Assembly: GCA_965208325.1 (NCBI GenBank)
Contig: OZ242326.1
Coordinates: 3,776,001 to 3,840,000 of the forward strand
From: Candidatus Poribacteria bacterium
Lineage (GTDB): Bacteria > Poribacteria > WGA-4E > PCPOR2b
Reading direction: 5' to 3'
Length of the DNA stretch: 64,000 nucleotides
Notes under the pieces: model-generated
The model's database searches: none
Seen by the model: the letters and a program-made list of their open reading frames with translations, nothing else
Told to the model about the DNA's origin: nothing
Program-made: the position numbers and the translations under genes
Shown: positions 50,355-61,186 of the stretch, piece after piece
Layout: every line of letters begins with the position of its first letter
How positions within the stretch are numbered: the stretch's first letter is position 1

Positions 50355-51391
50355 TTATCCGGTCTCTACCATGACGGGGGTTTTGGAGACTGGAATCTGC
50401 CGGGAATAGTTGACAAGAGGGGCACCCATACCATCAAAACTGATTTCAATGCGATCGCCGGTTTGGAACGTCGGCCGATTGGGGAAGGCGAGTTTCATCG
50501 TCCAAAGAAATGAATATGGACATCCCCGGGGCGGCGAAAGTGCGAATACTTGAAATGATGGTCCTCAAGGTTAGCAAGGCTGTGGCTCATATGACTCTCG
50601 CCCGTAAGCAATTTACCCGAATGGTAAAGTAACTCTTCACCCCGTGTGATTCGGCAGCTGCCTTCGATGTCATTGAAATCTTTATCCGTGATTAACTCAG
50701 GTCCGACAGCGCAGACGCGCATTTTGGACGGCGCCAACCAAAGGTAATTCACTCGTTCCATTGGGTGATCCGCCCATTCATTCCCGATCGCAAACCCTAT
50801 CCGGCAAGGAATGCCATCGTCGTCAATCACATAGCAGCCGACGATTTCAGGTTCTTCGCCGCCATCCCCAGTAAAGTCTGGGATATCAAGAAAGTCGTTG
50901 TGGCCCCGCAGGAAGACGCCGGTCCCCTTATAAAACCATTCCGGCTGAACGCCGCGGACCCCCGCATCGGGCTTGCCGCCCTTTAATCCCATCTCGAACA
51001 TCTTTTCCGAATCGGTCTTATCGGACTCAGTCTCTTCATGGTCAGCGATATGCATCTCGGCGCGTTTTTCCATGCTTCCCATGTGCGTTAAACCCGTACC
51101 CGAAATCAAACAGTGGCTTGGGTCTGGATGGTCAAGCGGTGGTAGTATCCATCCATTTGCGTCCCCTTTACGGGCTTTTAGCAGCTCACTGTATGGCACC
51201 ACATCAGCGTTGCGCGTAGAGACATCCGCCAGGTACGCACTAATGGTCCTGCGGTGCCGTCGAGCTTCCTGGAAGAGCGTGTGAATGTACCTCCATTTCT
51301 TGTTGACGCTGGTCAAGTCAACAATCTTATCATCTTCAATATACCCGATCCGCCTTCCCTTTGCACCTAAGCTAAATTGAATAAGTCTCAT
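50355..51391 (-). pseudogene. AraD1-family (FAH-superfamily) dehydratase, frameshifted near the 3' end
   Basis: SGTGLTH, QPEWFYKG, GGEEPE, SHSLANLEDHHFKY, DVHIHFFG. The frame stops at 50495, but an alternate frame continues TMKLAFPNRPTFQTGDRIEISFDGMGAPLVN to a TAA ending at 50355. Confidence 0.8.
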
Positions 51392-51559
51392 GTCAATCTT
51401 CCTTTTTGCTAATTCACTTGACGCGTTTATTTTAGTCTTTCTTTATTTTCTTACCTAAAAACTTCCAAGGCTCTAATTTTAACCGGATGGCGGCGGTGCA
51501 ATGCATGAAATTACATCCGCTCTTGTATGACAAAGTGTCAACCTAGCGAAGGTCGGCTG

Positions 51560-52711
51560 TCAAGACAAGATTTCCTTGATTGTGTAAATAACAGCGATGA
51601 TGTCCTCTTCCGTCAATCCGGGATGCATCGGCAAACTGACGACACGCTTGAAGGCTGCCTCGGCGTGGGGAAAATCACCTTTCTGATACCCGTATCTTTG
51701 CTGGTAAAATGGAAAAAGATGTAGAGGGATGTAATGGACGCCGCATTCGATTTTAGCCTCGTGCATTGCATCAATGAATTCATCACGGCAAATCTTCAAT
51801 CTTGATGTACGCAACTGAATTATGTAAAGATGCCAAGCATGGCGGCTTGCTGCCTGTGCCTTGGGCGTAATGATGCTAGGAAGTTCTCGAAGTTCCGAAG
51901 TATAAATTTCGGCGTACCGGCTGCGAATTTCACGTTGCTTCTCAATCTTTAGGAGTTGGCACAATCCCATCGCCGCTTGAATATCGGTCATATTATATTT
52001 ATATCCTTGAGAGACAACTTCGTAATACCAAGTGCGCTGTTCCCGCCGCCGCGCCCACGAATCTTTACTCATTCCGTGATAGAAACTCCGCTTAATGGCT
52101 GTCGCGAATCGATCGCTGTTCGTGGTAATCATGCCGCCTTCGCCGGTTGTTAAATTCTTGTTGGCGTAAAAACTAAAGGTTGACACATTACCAATGGATC
52201 CGATTCGATGCCCATTATAGTCTGCCGGGAAGGCATGCGCGGCGTCGTCAATAAGCACGAGGTCGTGTTTTCGGCAAATTTGCAGAAGCCCGTCCATGTC
52301 GCAGGGCAATCCAGCGATATGCACGGGAATAATTGCTTTTGTCTGCCGTGTGATAGACGCCTCAATTGCGCCAACATCAATGTTCAACGTTTCTGGGTCG
52401 ATATCAACGAAGACGGGTTTCGCACGTGTATAACCGATTGCTTCTGCCGTCGCGGTAAAGGTGTATGGCGTTGTAATCACTTCATCCCCCTCACCGACGC
52501 CTGCTGCAATTAGCGAAAGGTGTAATCCGGCAGTGCAAGAACTCACCGCCAACGCATGCTTTACACCGATGTATTCAGCAAACCGCTGTTCAAACTCCGC
52601 GGTTTTTGGTCCCGTGCTGATCCATTTGGAAGCAAGTACTTCGCTCACTGCTTCGATTTCGGTTTCATCAATCCATGGACGGCATAACGGTATGAATTGG
52701 TCCGATGCCAT
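51560..52711 (-). CDS. DegT/DnrJ/EryC1/StrS family PLP-dependent aminotransferase
   Basis: VSSCTAGLHL, DDAAHA, FSFYANKNLTTGEGG, GYKYNMTDIQAA. Confidence 0.95.
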   Translation of the reverse strand: MASDQFIPLCRPWIDETEIEAVSEVLASKWISTGPKTAEFEQRFAEYIGVKHALAVSSCTAGLHLSLIAAGVGEGDEVITTPYTFTATAEAIGYTRAKPVFVDIDPETLNIDVGAIEASITRQTKAIIPVHIAGLPCDMDGLLQICRKHDLVLIDDAAHAFPADYNGHRIGSIGNVSTFSFYANKNLTTGEGGMITTNSDRFATAIKRSFYHGMSKDSWARRREQRTWYYEVVSQGYKYNMTDIQAAMGLCQLLKIEKQREIRSRYAEIYTSELRELPSIITPKAQAASRHAWHLYIIQLRTSRLKICRDEFIDAMHEAKIECGVHYIPLHLFPFYQQRYGYQKGDFPHAEAAFKRVVSLPMHPGLTEEDIIAVIYTIKEILS

Positions 52712-52795
52712 AGCGCTTCCTCTTTGGGAATAGTAAAATATCTGTGATTGCAGGCAATGGAAGGAGAGGAATAAACATCTTCTGGTTAATCTGTT

Positions 52796-53509
52796 TCACG
52801 GTTTACTAATGCACATTCGTAGGCGTTTTTTCAACTTTTCCAACGCCTTTGCCCGGTGGCTAATCCGATTTTTAACATCCACTCCCAACTCGGCGAAGGT
52901 TTTGTCAAAACCAGCCGGTACGAAAATGGGGTCATATCCAAATCCTTGCTGTCCGCGCGGAGAATGAATAAGCTTTCCCTCACAAACGCCGACGACAACT
53001 TGTGTCTGGCCGGTTGGAGCGGCAATCGCGATTGCACATTTAAAACGCGCAGTTCGTTGACCATCGGACACATCTTTAAGGGCGTCAAGCAGCTTACTGA
53101 TTCTTGCTGAATCAGAAGCATGTTCCCCGGCATATCGTGCGGAATGGATGCCGGGTGCGCCGCGGAGAGCGTCAGCCTCCAGCCCCGAATCGTCGGCTAG
53201 AGCAAAATACCCCGTATGTTCGGCAAGCGCAGTGGCTTTCTTTACGGCATTTTCCTGATACGTCTCGCCATCCTCAACCACTTCGGGCGCATCAGGAACA
53301 TCATCAAGCGACAGAACATCAATCACATTCTGATTGTTCGGCCCAGTACAGCCGCCCTGCGCTAACTGAGGTGGCCGTTTCGTCCGATTTACATCTGAAT
53401 CGAAAATCGACACTGTTCCCGCCGCATCACCGGGGGAATTCATGTCGGTAAACATAGCTTGGAGTTCTCTTACTTTGCCGCGATTATGGGTCGCCAAGAC
53501 TAACTTCAT
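52796..53509 (-). CDS. rdgB: XTP/dITP diphosphatase (Ham1 family) with an N-terminal insertion
   Basis: [46 protein letters not shown]. Confidence 0.95.
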   Translation of the reverse strand: MKLVLATHNRGKVRELQAMFTDMNSPGDAAGTVSIFDSDVNRTKRPPQLAQGGCTGPNNQNVIDVLSLDDVPDAPEVVEDGETYQENAVKKATALAEHTGYFALADDSGLEADALRGAPGIHSARYAGEHASDSARISKLLDALKDVSDGQRTARFKCAIAIAAPTGQTQVVVGVCEGKLIHSPRGQQGFGYDPIFVPAGFDKTFAELGVDVKNRISHRAKALEKLKKRLRMCISKP

Positions 53510-54242
53510 TTAACTTTTCTACCATCAACCGGTTTTGTAACCGGATGAGTTTTTGAATGCCATCCGTGGCAAGATCCAACATCTGATTCGATTCTTCCCT
53601 AGAGAAAGGTGTTTCCTCTGCTGTTCCTTGGATTTCAACAAATTTCCCTTTCCCGGTCATGACAATGTTCATATCAACTGCAGCCATTGCGTCCTCGGTA
53701 TAACGAAGATCCAGCATCGGCGTGCCTTCAATAATTCCAACGCTAATTGCTGCCACATTTTCACGGATTGGAAGTGACTTTATCATTTTTCGATTTACCA
53801 GTTTCTGGCAAGCATCCCACAGCGCGATAAATGCGCCGGTAATTGAGGCGGTGCGCGTCCCGCCATCGGCTTGAATCACATCGCAATCAACCCAGATTGT
53901 GCGCTCGCCAAGTGCGCGCAAATCTACAACTGCTCGTAAGGAGCGTCCAATCAGCCGTTGAATCTCATGAGTACGCCCGCCAACCGATCCGCGGGTAACC
54001 TCACGCTGGGAACGGTCGGACGTCGAACGCGGCAGCATTGCATATTCTGCCGTGACCCAGCCTTTCCCCTGCATCTGCTGTTCGCGCATGAAGCGGGGTT
54101 GTCGTTCGTCCACCGACGCCGTGCAAATCACTTTCGTATCTCCAATCGATATTAAGACAGATCCTTCCGGATGTTTAATGTAATCACGATTTATGGTAAC
54201 AGGACGCATTTGATTGGGGCTGCGCGAATCTACTCTTGTCAT
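53484..54242 (-). CDS. rph: Ribonuclease PH
   Basis: [49 protein letters not shown]. Confidence 0.98.
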   Translation of the reverse strand: MTRVDSRSPNQMRPVTINRDYIKHPEGSVLISIGDTKVICTASVDERQPRFMREQQMQGKGWVTAEYAMLPRSTSDRSQREVTRGSVGGRTHEIQRLIGRSLRAVVDLRALGERTIWVDCDVIQADGGTRTASITGAFIALWDACQKLVNRKMIKSLPIRENVAAISVGIIEGTPMLDLRYTEDAMAAVDMNIVMTGKGKFVEIQGTAEETPFSREESNQMLDLATDGIQKLIRLQNRLMVEKLNEVSLGDP

Positions 54243-54556
54243 TTAAATCCCTCTTTCGAACTGGGAATTTTCAATCAACATTGCACAATTATTGTTGTAA
54301 GGGTGTTCGACCTGTTCACACTATTTCCTGTGCTTGCATGACAAAAAGAAAATACGGCGGTAGCAAACAAAGGTGGGATGAAACTGCAGTCGGTTGGCGG
54401 CGCGGCATTATGGACTAGTCTGCTTTCAGATTCGGTCAGTGCAGGACAGTTAAAGAACAACTGAATGGCAAAAATTCAATTTGTGTGTTGGCAGACTTTT
54501 GATGGTATGCAGGTGCGCGTCAACCCAATCGGCTCAATTTTGAAATCAAAATGATG

Positions 54557-57007
54557 CTATTTGAGCAAAATCATCCGCCTCAACGCGGTATAATCCCCGG
54601 CATCGAGTTGGTATGGATAGACGCCGCTAGTGACTATTTCCCCATTTTCATTGCGGCCGTCCCAATATACCGCCTTTTCTCGACTGTCGTATCTGCCCGA
54701 TATCTGGTGTCCAATTTCCATCGTACGCACTACACGTCCGCTTTGGTCATAAATGGTTAGCGTGACGAAGGCGTCTTCCAACAACTGGTACGGTATCCAT
54801 GTTTCAGGGTTGAATGGATTGGGATAATTTTGAAGCAAGGCGGTTTGCTTAATGTCGCCTAGCGTCGTCAGGCGCTGGCCCAATGGTTCAACGGAAACGC
54901 CTTCGGGAATAATGGCGGAAGGGAGTTCCCACAGGAATACTGTACCGTCGGAACTCCCACTTGCGAGTGTGTTGCCATCGGGACTGAAAGCGATACTACG
55001 CACTGCGCCCGCATGCCCCGTAAGTGTTGCTTTCTGCTCCCCTGTTCTTGCATCCCAAAGCCGCACTGTCGACTCGTCGGTGCTTGCAGTAGCGAGCGTG
55101 TTGCCGTCGGGACTGAACGCCACACTATAAACTGAAGTCGTGTGCTTCGAAAGTTTGACTTTCTGATTCCCTGTTCTTGCATCCCAAAGCCGAACCGACT
55201 CGTTCCAACTCCCTGTGGCGAGCGTGTTGCCGTCGGGACTGAAGGCAATGCTATAAATTGCGGACGTGTGGTTCGTAAACGTGCGCTTGAATTCGCCAGT
55301 TCTTGCATCCCAAAGCCGCACGGTTCGGTCTGTACTCCCCGTAGCGAGCGTGTTGCCGTCAGGACTGAACGCAATGCTATAAACTGAGGCCCTGTGACTC
55401 CTAAGTGTAGCTTTATGTTCCTTTGTGTTGACATTCCAAAGCCGCACCGTCGTGTCGGTACCCCCTGTAGCGAGCGTTTTGCCGTCGGGACTGAAGGCGA
55501 TGCTATTGACCGGGCCGGTATGTTCCGTGAGTGTGGCTATGTCATCCCCTGTTCTTGCATCCCAAAGCTTCACGGTACGGTCTGAACTCCCTGTAGCGAG
55601 AATGTTACCATCGGGACTGAACGCAACAATATAAACCGCGTAAGTGTCACCCTTGAATATGGTTTTGTGTTTCCCAGTTCTGACGTTCCACAGCCGCATG
55701 GAACGGCCCGAACTCCCGGTGGCGAGCGTGTTACCATCGGGGCTGAATGCAACGCTGTAGATTGGAGCAGTAAACCCCGTGATTGAAACTTTGTGCTGGC
55801 CGGTTCGTGCATCCCAAAGCCGCACAGTGCGGTCGGGACTCTCTGTAGCTAGAGTGTTGCCATTTGGATTGAACCTGACTCTATAGAACGGGCTGGTAAA
55901 CCCCGTGATTGTTGCTATGTGTTGTCCTGTGTTTACATTCCACAGCCGTGCGGTATCGTCGTTACTTTCAGTTGCGAGGGTATTGCCATCCGGACTGAAT
56001 TCTACGCGGCGGACTGTATGTTCATGTCCGGTCAGAGTTCCTACGTGCTGACCTGTGTTTACATTCCATAGCCGTGCGGTATCGTCCTTACTTGCCGTGG
56101 CTAGGGTGTTGCTATCGGGGCTGAACGCAACATCAAGGACCGAGTGTGCATGCCCCGTAAGCGTCGCTAAGTGTTGTCCTGTGTTTACATTCCACAGCCG
56201 TGCAGTATCGTCGTCACTTCCGGTTGCGAGAGTGTTGCCATCAGGGCTGAATGCCACGCTAAGGACTGGCTGTGCATGCCCCGTGAGCGTTGCTAAGTGT
56301 TGACCCGTGTTTACATTCCACAGCCGCACTGCGGGATCGGCACCCCTGGTAGCGACGGTATTGCCATTGCGGTTGAACGCGAAATATGCCCGGCCGGTAT
56401 GTCCCGCGAGAGTAGCAATGGGTTGTCTTGTGTTTACATTCCATAACCGCACTGTGCGATCTGAACTGCTAGTAACGAGGGAGTTCCCATTGGGACTAAA
56501 TGCAACAGACACTGCCTGGCTATGCCCTGTGAGAGTTGCAATGTGTTGTCCTGTTTTTGCGTCCCACAGCCGCGCTGTATTATCCCTGCTTCCTGTAGCC
56601 AGCGTATTGCCATCAGGGCTGAATGCGGCATTGAAGACCCAACCCGTATGTCCCGCGAGAGTAGCAATGTGTTGCCCTGTGTTGGCATTCCACAACCGGG
56701 CTGTTTTGTCCCAACTCGCACTAGCAACAGTGTTGCCATCGGGACTGAACGCTGCACCAAAAACTCTAGATTTATGCCCAGTGAGGAGAGCGGTCTCTTG
56801 ATACGTTGCCGTATCGTAGAGCCATATTCCATGGCCGCTAACAACCGCAAGCCGGGTTCCATCTGGAGAATACGAGAAATTAGAAATCCACCCTTTTCCG
56901 AGGCGTGCTTTGGCACCTTCAGGCAAGTTCAATTGCTGGAAACCTTGGGCGGAGGCATTCGTTGAAAACAGGGTTATAGCAATAAACAACGTCAAGGTGC
57001 TTTTCAT
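54557..57007 (-). CDS. Secreted WD40-repeat protein (16 repeats) with a C-terminal FlgD/T9SS-sorting-like Ig domain
   Basis: LPEGAKARLGKG, 16 xFSPDG-type repeats, LLQNYPNPFNPETWIPYQL..WDGRN..SGVY. Confidence 0.92.
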   Translation of the reverse strand: MKSTLTLFIAITLFSTNASAQGFQQLNLPEGAKARLGKGWISNFSYSPDGTRLAVVSGHGIWLYDTATYQETALLTGHKSRVFGAAFSPDGNTVASASWDKTARLWNANTGQHIATLAGHTGWVFNAAFSPDGNTLATGSRDNTARLWDAKTGQHIATLTGHSQAVSVAFSPNGNSLVTSSSDRTVRLWNVNTRQPIATLAGHTGRAYFAFNRNGNTVATRGADPAVRLWNVNTGQHLATLTGHAQPVLSVAFSPDGNTLATGSDDDTARLWNVNTGQHLATLTGHAHSVLDVAFSPDSNTLATASKDDTARLWNVNTGQHVGTLTGHEHTVRRVEFSPDGNTLATESNDDTARLWNVNTGQHIATITGFTSPFYRVRFNPNGNTLATESPDRTVRLWDARTGQHKVSITGFTAPIYSVAFSPDGNTLATGSSGRSMRLWNVRTGKHKTIFKGDTYAVYIVAFSPDGNILATGSSDRTVKLWDARTGDDIATLTEHTGPVNSIAFSPDGKTLATGGTDTTVRLWNVNTKEHKATLRSHRASVYSIAFSPDGNTLATGSTDRTVRLWDARTGEFKRTFTNHTSAIYSIAFSPDGNTLATGSWNESVRLWDARTGNQKVKLSKHTTSVYSVAFSPDGNTLATASTDESTVRLWDARTGEQKATLTGHAGAVRSIAFSPDGNTLASGSSDGTVFLWELPSAIIPEGVSVEPLGQRLTTLGDIKQTALLQNYPNPFNPETWIPYQLLEDAFVTLTIYDQSGRVVRTMEIGHQISGRYDSREKAVYWDGRNENGEIVTSGVYPYQLDAGDYTALRRMILLK

Positions 57008-57316
57008 GGACAGTTCTCCTATTTGGGAAGTCGGCTGCCATCAGTTGCATGTAGACTTTCTGCAGAAAAATCCGCAAAGACAGTTGGAAATGAAAATCCT
57101 ACCTCGACATAACCTCCCTAATATAACCCTCCAATATTGCGGTGTGTGATGCATTGCAGGATTAAAAACGGGCGCTGACTTTGTGATTCAGCGCAAACGG
57201 GAATTGCTATGGGCGGCTGTAATCTACCAACCCACAAAAAAACTTGTCACAAAATTTCAAAGAGTAACGTACAATTCTCCCGTTTCTCGGAGATAACCAA
57301 TGTAGCAAACCCCCAA

Positions 57317-57958
57317 TTACCGGCTTCTAACCATAACTTGGGAGGCGTGAGTTGCGGAGAGGTATTTTGACAAAACGGAACGCACCTTTACGTCTGTATA
57401 CGCTAACCCCGGTGCAACTAGTAAACATTTACCAGATGCCCACTTACTTTCGAAATCAGAATAGTCTTCCCGCCTTAGCCTGAGACGCTTTGGATCCGTT
57501 GTGCCTGAGGGCGCGTTTGCTATATTTGTCAGTTGAATCTCCTCAACACCATCGTCGTAACCAACAAGTACCCACGGCTGTCGTTCACTTCGTAACAACA
57601 CCACCGGTGTCCAGTCAGCCGCAACAAAGCCCTTCAAAATATCCAAATCGCAATTGGATACCAGACTCAGGTTATCAACTTGCCTTTTTGCCCTTGCAAA
57701 GAGATCGTCAATGCGGGAAGTGGCAGGTGGGTTCCTGAATACAGTTTTTAACAACGGCATCCGAACAAGTTCCACTACTGCCGTCCGAGGCAATGATGTA
57801 CTTGACGCCGTCTGTGAACTTTTTGATGCGGAGGTTTTCGGCGCCGTAGGCGATGCGGTCGGAACATACCGGGCGTCTTTCTGCGGTGCTGGGCCGCACC
57901 CGGCTAGCAAGATACTTAACGCAAGAATTGACGTAAGGTAAACAATTTGAATTTTCAT
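57317..57958 (-). CDS. Putative lipoprotein with a C-terminal peptidase C39-like fold
   Basis: Lipobox LAGC and a Ser/Thr linker, then LKGFVAADWTPVVLL..VLVGYD..FESKW. Confidence 0.6.
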   Translation of the reverse strand: MKIQIVYLTSILALSILLAGCGPAPQKDARYVPTASPTAPKTSASKSSQTASSTSLPRTAVVELVRMPLLKTVFRNPPATSRIDDLFARAKRQVDNLSLVSNCDLDILKGFVAADWTPVVLLRSERQPWVLVGYDDGVEEIQLTNIANAPSGTTDPKRLRLRREDYSDFESKWASGKCLLVAPGLAYTDVKVRSVLSKYLSATHASQVMVRSR

Positions 57959-58585
57959 GATTCTCTCCCCTCGGTATTGGTTGCCCGGCATCGCCGCGAT
58001 TGAGAATAATACGCAGCAAGCCGGTGCGTGAACTTTTCAATTTGCACAATTCACTTTCCGATTGGTTTTCCACGCTGGTGGGGTAAAACCGCCAACTCTT
58101 CCCCCATATTCCAATGCTGGATTTGCCGCCAACATGCAGTGGAAAACGTGTACAGAGCAACATGAAACAGACAAAGCGGTTTTGGCGACGTGTCATCGTT
58201 TACAATAGATGGCCATGCCGTAAAATCGAAACCAACCTAGTCGCCGTGCTTCACGCTAAAATTTCTAAGCTTCATTAGGGTTCTATCAACTTTCGGCTTC
58301 CCAAGAATGATGACCCTCCCAATAAATATATCACCCTGTGGATGACGATGTCAACCCAAAACCCGACGCCGATGTGGGTTAGGATCGTTTTCTGTGATAC
58401 CATTGAATATTCGGTGTCCTGAATTGTCGACGCATCCAGTATTCTAAGGATCAAACCCTAACAAATCTTCGGCTGACCGTCATGACAATAGTGGGTCTTT
58501 TTCACGAAGATATGCGAATTTAATTGGAACTGTCGGGGTGGATAATACAAAGTTTAAATTCAATCTGGTGGGATGTGTGGTGAAT

Positions 58586-59734
58586 TCATTCAGGGTCTTC
58601 GACATAAACACGACGCACGCGGTTGCCAATTCCCGTAAAAATCTCATAAGCAATTGTCCCTGCCCGCACGGCGACTTGGTCGGCGGTTATCTCTTCAGTC
58701 CCTTGCATTCCAATCAGAACCGCTTCATCTCCGATAGACACATTACCGGGGGAATCAATTTCAAACACGGTTTCATCCATGCAGATTTCCCCCGCACTTC
58801 GTCTGCGGATGCCGCCGATTAGGGCTTCTCCTTGGTTGGACAATGACCGCGTATACCCATCGGCGTATCCAACTCGTAAAGTCGCCAGCCGCATCGGCCG
58901 GTTGGTTTTGTAAGTACGTCCATAGCCTACACTTTCACCTGGGCCCGCCTCATGCACGTAGATGACACGCGACTTCCAGCTAAGCGACGGTCTCAGGCGA
59001 GTCGCGCGCGGCGCACCTGTAGCGCTGTGGTCAGGTATGGGATGAATTCCAAATAAACTCAAACCGACGCGCACAGCGTCGAAATGAGCTTCTGGAAGCG
59101 TGAGTGTAGCCGCGCTGTTGGCGGTATGTACCATCGGCGGACGAAGATTGAGCTGAGAGAGTTCGGAAATCACTGACTTAAAGCGGTCCAATTGCGAGTG
59201 TGCGTAGCTTTTGTCCGTTTCGCCGGCTGTCGCAAAGTGTGTGAAGAGTCCCTCAACCACAATGCCGCATAGCGATGTTATCCATTGGACAAAACGGGCG
59301 GCGTCCGTATATCGTACCCCGCCGCGATTCATGCCCGTGTCCACATCGACATGCACCCTAACGTTCTGGTTCAATGTTCGTGCAACATAAGACAATTTTT
59401 TGCAAAGAGTAGATTCACACACGGAAGGCACAAGTTGATATCGGACAATTTCTTCAGCTTCATCGGCGGCAGCGTTGAAAAGAACGAGTATCGGTTTCTC
59501 AATGCCGGCATCACGCAACTCAATCGCCTCTTCAACCGTTGCAACGGCAAACATCTCTGTTACGTCCCGTAACGTTTGAGCAACAGGAATTGCACCGTGT
59601 CCATATGCATCCGCTTTGAGCACGGCAATTAAGTTTACCGGGCAAAAATTTTCGCCGCTGCGCCGGATGAATTTTTGAATTGCCCGCGCATTCGATTTAA
59701 TCGCTGTGAGATTTACTTCAGCCCATGTTGTCAT
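58586..59734 (-). CDS. alr: Alanine racemase
   Basis: AVLKADAYGHG, VDTGMNRGG, THFA, HTANSA, GESVGYG, GYADG, CMD, GTIAYE. Confidence 0.96.
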   Translation of the reverse strand: MTTWAEVNLTAIKSNARAIQKFIRRSGENFCPVNLIAVLKADAYGHGAIPVAQTLRDVTEMFAVATVEEAIELRDAGIEKPILVLFNAAADEAEEIVRYQLVPSVCESTLCKKLSYVARTLNQNVRVHVDVDTGMNRGGVRYTDAARFVQWITSLCGIVVEGLFTHFATAGETDKSYAHSQLDRFKSVISELSQLNLRPPMVHTANSAATLTLPEAHFDAVRVGLSLFGIHPIPDHSATGAPRATRLRPSLSWKSRVIYVHEAGPGESVGYGRTYKTNRPMRLATLRVGYADGYTRSLSNQGEALIGGIRRRSAGEICMDETVFEIDSPGNVSIGDEAVLIGMQGTEEITADQVAVRAGTIAYEIFTGIGNRVRRVYVEDPE

Positions 59735-60208
59735 TGGCGGGAATTCAAATTCGCAATCAAAGGGTGGAGTGTGGACGATTGTGGTCGCAGTGGCCTCGCT
59801 CGCTATTGTGGCGCGCAGTGCAAGTCTATCACGCGCCGACGGAACCGGTCAACCGTTTATTCAATGTGTAACTAGTTTACGCGCCGGACGGCAACTCTCC
59901 TAAATGCCGGTTACAGCGGCAACTGTTGATACTCGTAACAGGCCGTCAACTTCACCCGTGTTTCAAATTATAAAACCTGTTTCAATAGGTACGTCAAATC
60001 TTTCCCACAATTCCAAGGAATCCCTTTATGGTTTTTCATTGAATCCTCATACAATTTTACATACAATCATAACGAACGAATTTTCTAAGAGAATTTGCAG
60101 AAATAGGCTTTAATTTTTAAACTGCGTGGTTTACAGTTCCGGCGCAGTCGTCAATGGTTATCCGCGCCGCGATAAATTACAACTTACCGGCTTCACGGGA
60201 ATTTCATT

Positions 60209-61042
60209 ATGTCGCTATTTCTAATCTCCGTCTGTATTATTTTCCTCGGTTGCCAGCCCGCTGATGAAGGTACACAGAATATAGAGAAACTGAAGCGTGA
60301 GGCGGTACAGATTCAGTTAGGGCTGAAACTTACGCCGGAAGATGTACACGGGCACCTTCAGCTCGGTGCTGTCTATCACAAGATGGGCGAACACGAGAAA
60401 GCCATTGAGGAATACCAAAACGCGCTGCGGTTTGACGAGCAGAACGCGCAAGCCCAGAATAATTTAGCCTTGGTTTACATGGACATGTCCTTGACAGAGG
60501 CTGCTATCGAAGCATTTCGGAAAGCTATCGAATTGGAGGGGGATAACCCCGCATTTTACAACAACCTCGGTTACGCTCATGATGCCGACAATCGCTTTGA
60601 AATGGCGGTTGAGGCGTATAAAATGGCAATCGAGTTGGAACCGAAATTCCAAGATGCCTATTATAACCTAGCATGGGCTTACCACGCCGAAGCGCAATTT
60701 GACGAGGCAATAAGATATTATCAAGGCGCAATCAAGTTGGACACGGGTGATTCGGATGCTCGCTACAATCTCGCTGAAATTTACCACGAAACCGGACAAC
60801 TGAATTTGGCAATGCGTGAGTATGAGCACGCGTTGTCGTTCAGTCCTGATGATCCGGAAATCCATTATCAACTGGCGGCGGTGTATCAGAAAAATGGTGA
60901 CATCCCGAAAATGAAAGAATATTTGAATCTTTTTTTAGAATATACTGTAGGAATGCCGAAATATGAAGAAAAAATCCAGAACGCTATACAGATGAAAGAA
61001 GCACTAGAGGCAGATAACACCGAAATACAAGTCAATGAGTAA
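60209..61042 (+). CDS. Tetratricopeptide repeat protein, probable lipoprotein
   Basis: FLGC lipobox-like signal followed by about six TPRs (xxNLG/NLA). Confidence 0.9.
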   Translation: MSLFLISVCIIFLGCQPADEGTQNIEKLKREAVQIQLGLKLTPEDVHGHLQLGAVYHKMGEHEKAIEEYQNALRFDEQNAQAQNNLALVYMDMSLTEAAIEAFRKAIELEGDNPAFYNNLGYAHDADNRFEMAVEAYKMAIELEPKFQDAYYNLAWAYHAEAQFDEAIRYYQGAIKLDTGDSDARYNLAEIYHETGQLNLAMREYEHALSFSPDDPEIHYQLAAVYQKNGDIPKMKEYLNLFLEYTVGMPKYEEKIQNAIQMKEALEADNTEIQVNE

Positions 61043-61087
61043 TTCGAGATTTTTCAATCAGCGTTTCGAATTTTAGAAGGCGGGAGG

Positions 61088-61116
61088 TTGACAGGAATTC
61101 AACCCCGTGATATAAT
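61088..61116 (+). promoter_or_regulatory. Consensus sigma70 promoter (extended -10)
   Basis: TTGACA-17 nt-TATAAT with TG before the -10 box. Confidence 0.75.
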
Positions 61117-61186
61117 TTTCTTGTCAATTTGGAATATCCTTCGACGGTTAGCCGATGAAGTCATCTTTCAAATTACGTGAGGTGAT

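Noticed and set aside
54930..56800. Regular DNA repeats as a CRISPR array or a DGR template/variable pair
   Set aside because: They are in-frame coding WD40 units with no unique spacers. There is no cas or reverse transcriptase gene in the window.
57708..58196. 162-aa minus-strand ORF overlapping the lipoprotein gene
   Set aside because: Out-of-frame overlap with a better-supported gene (RBS and lipobox), and no recognisable features.
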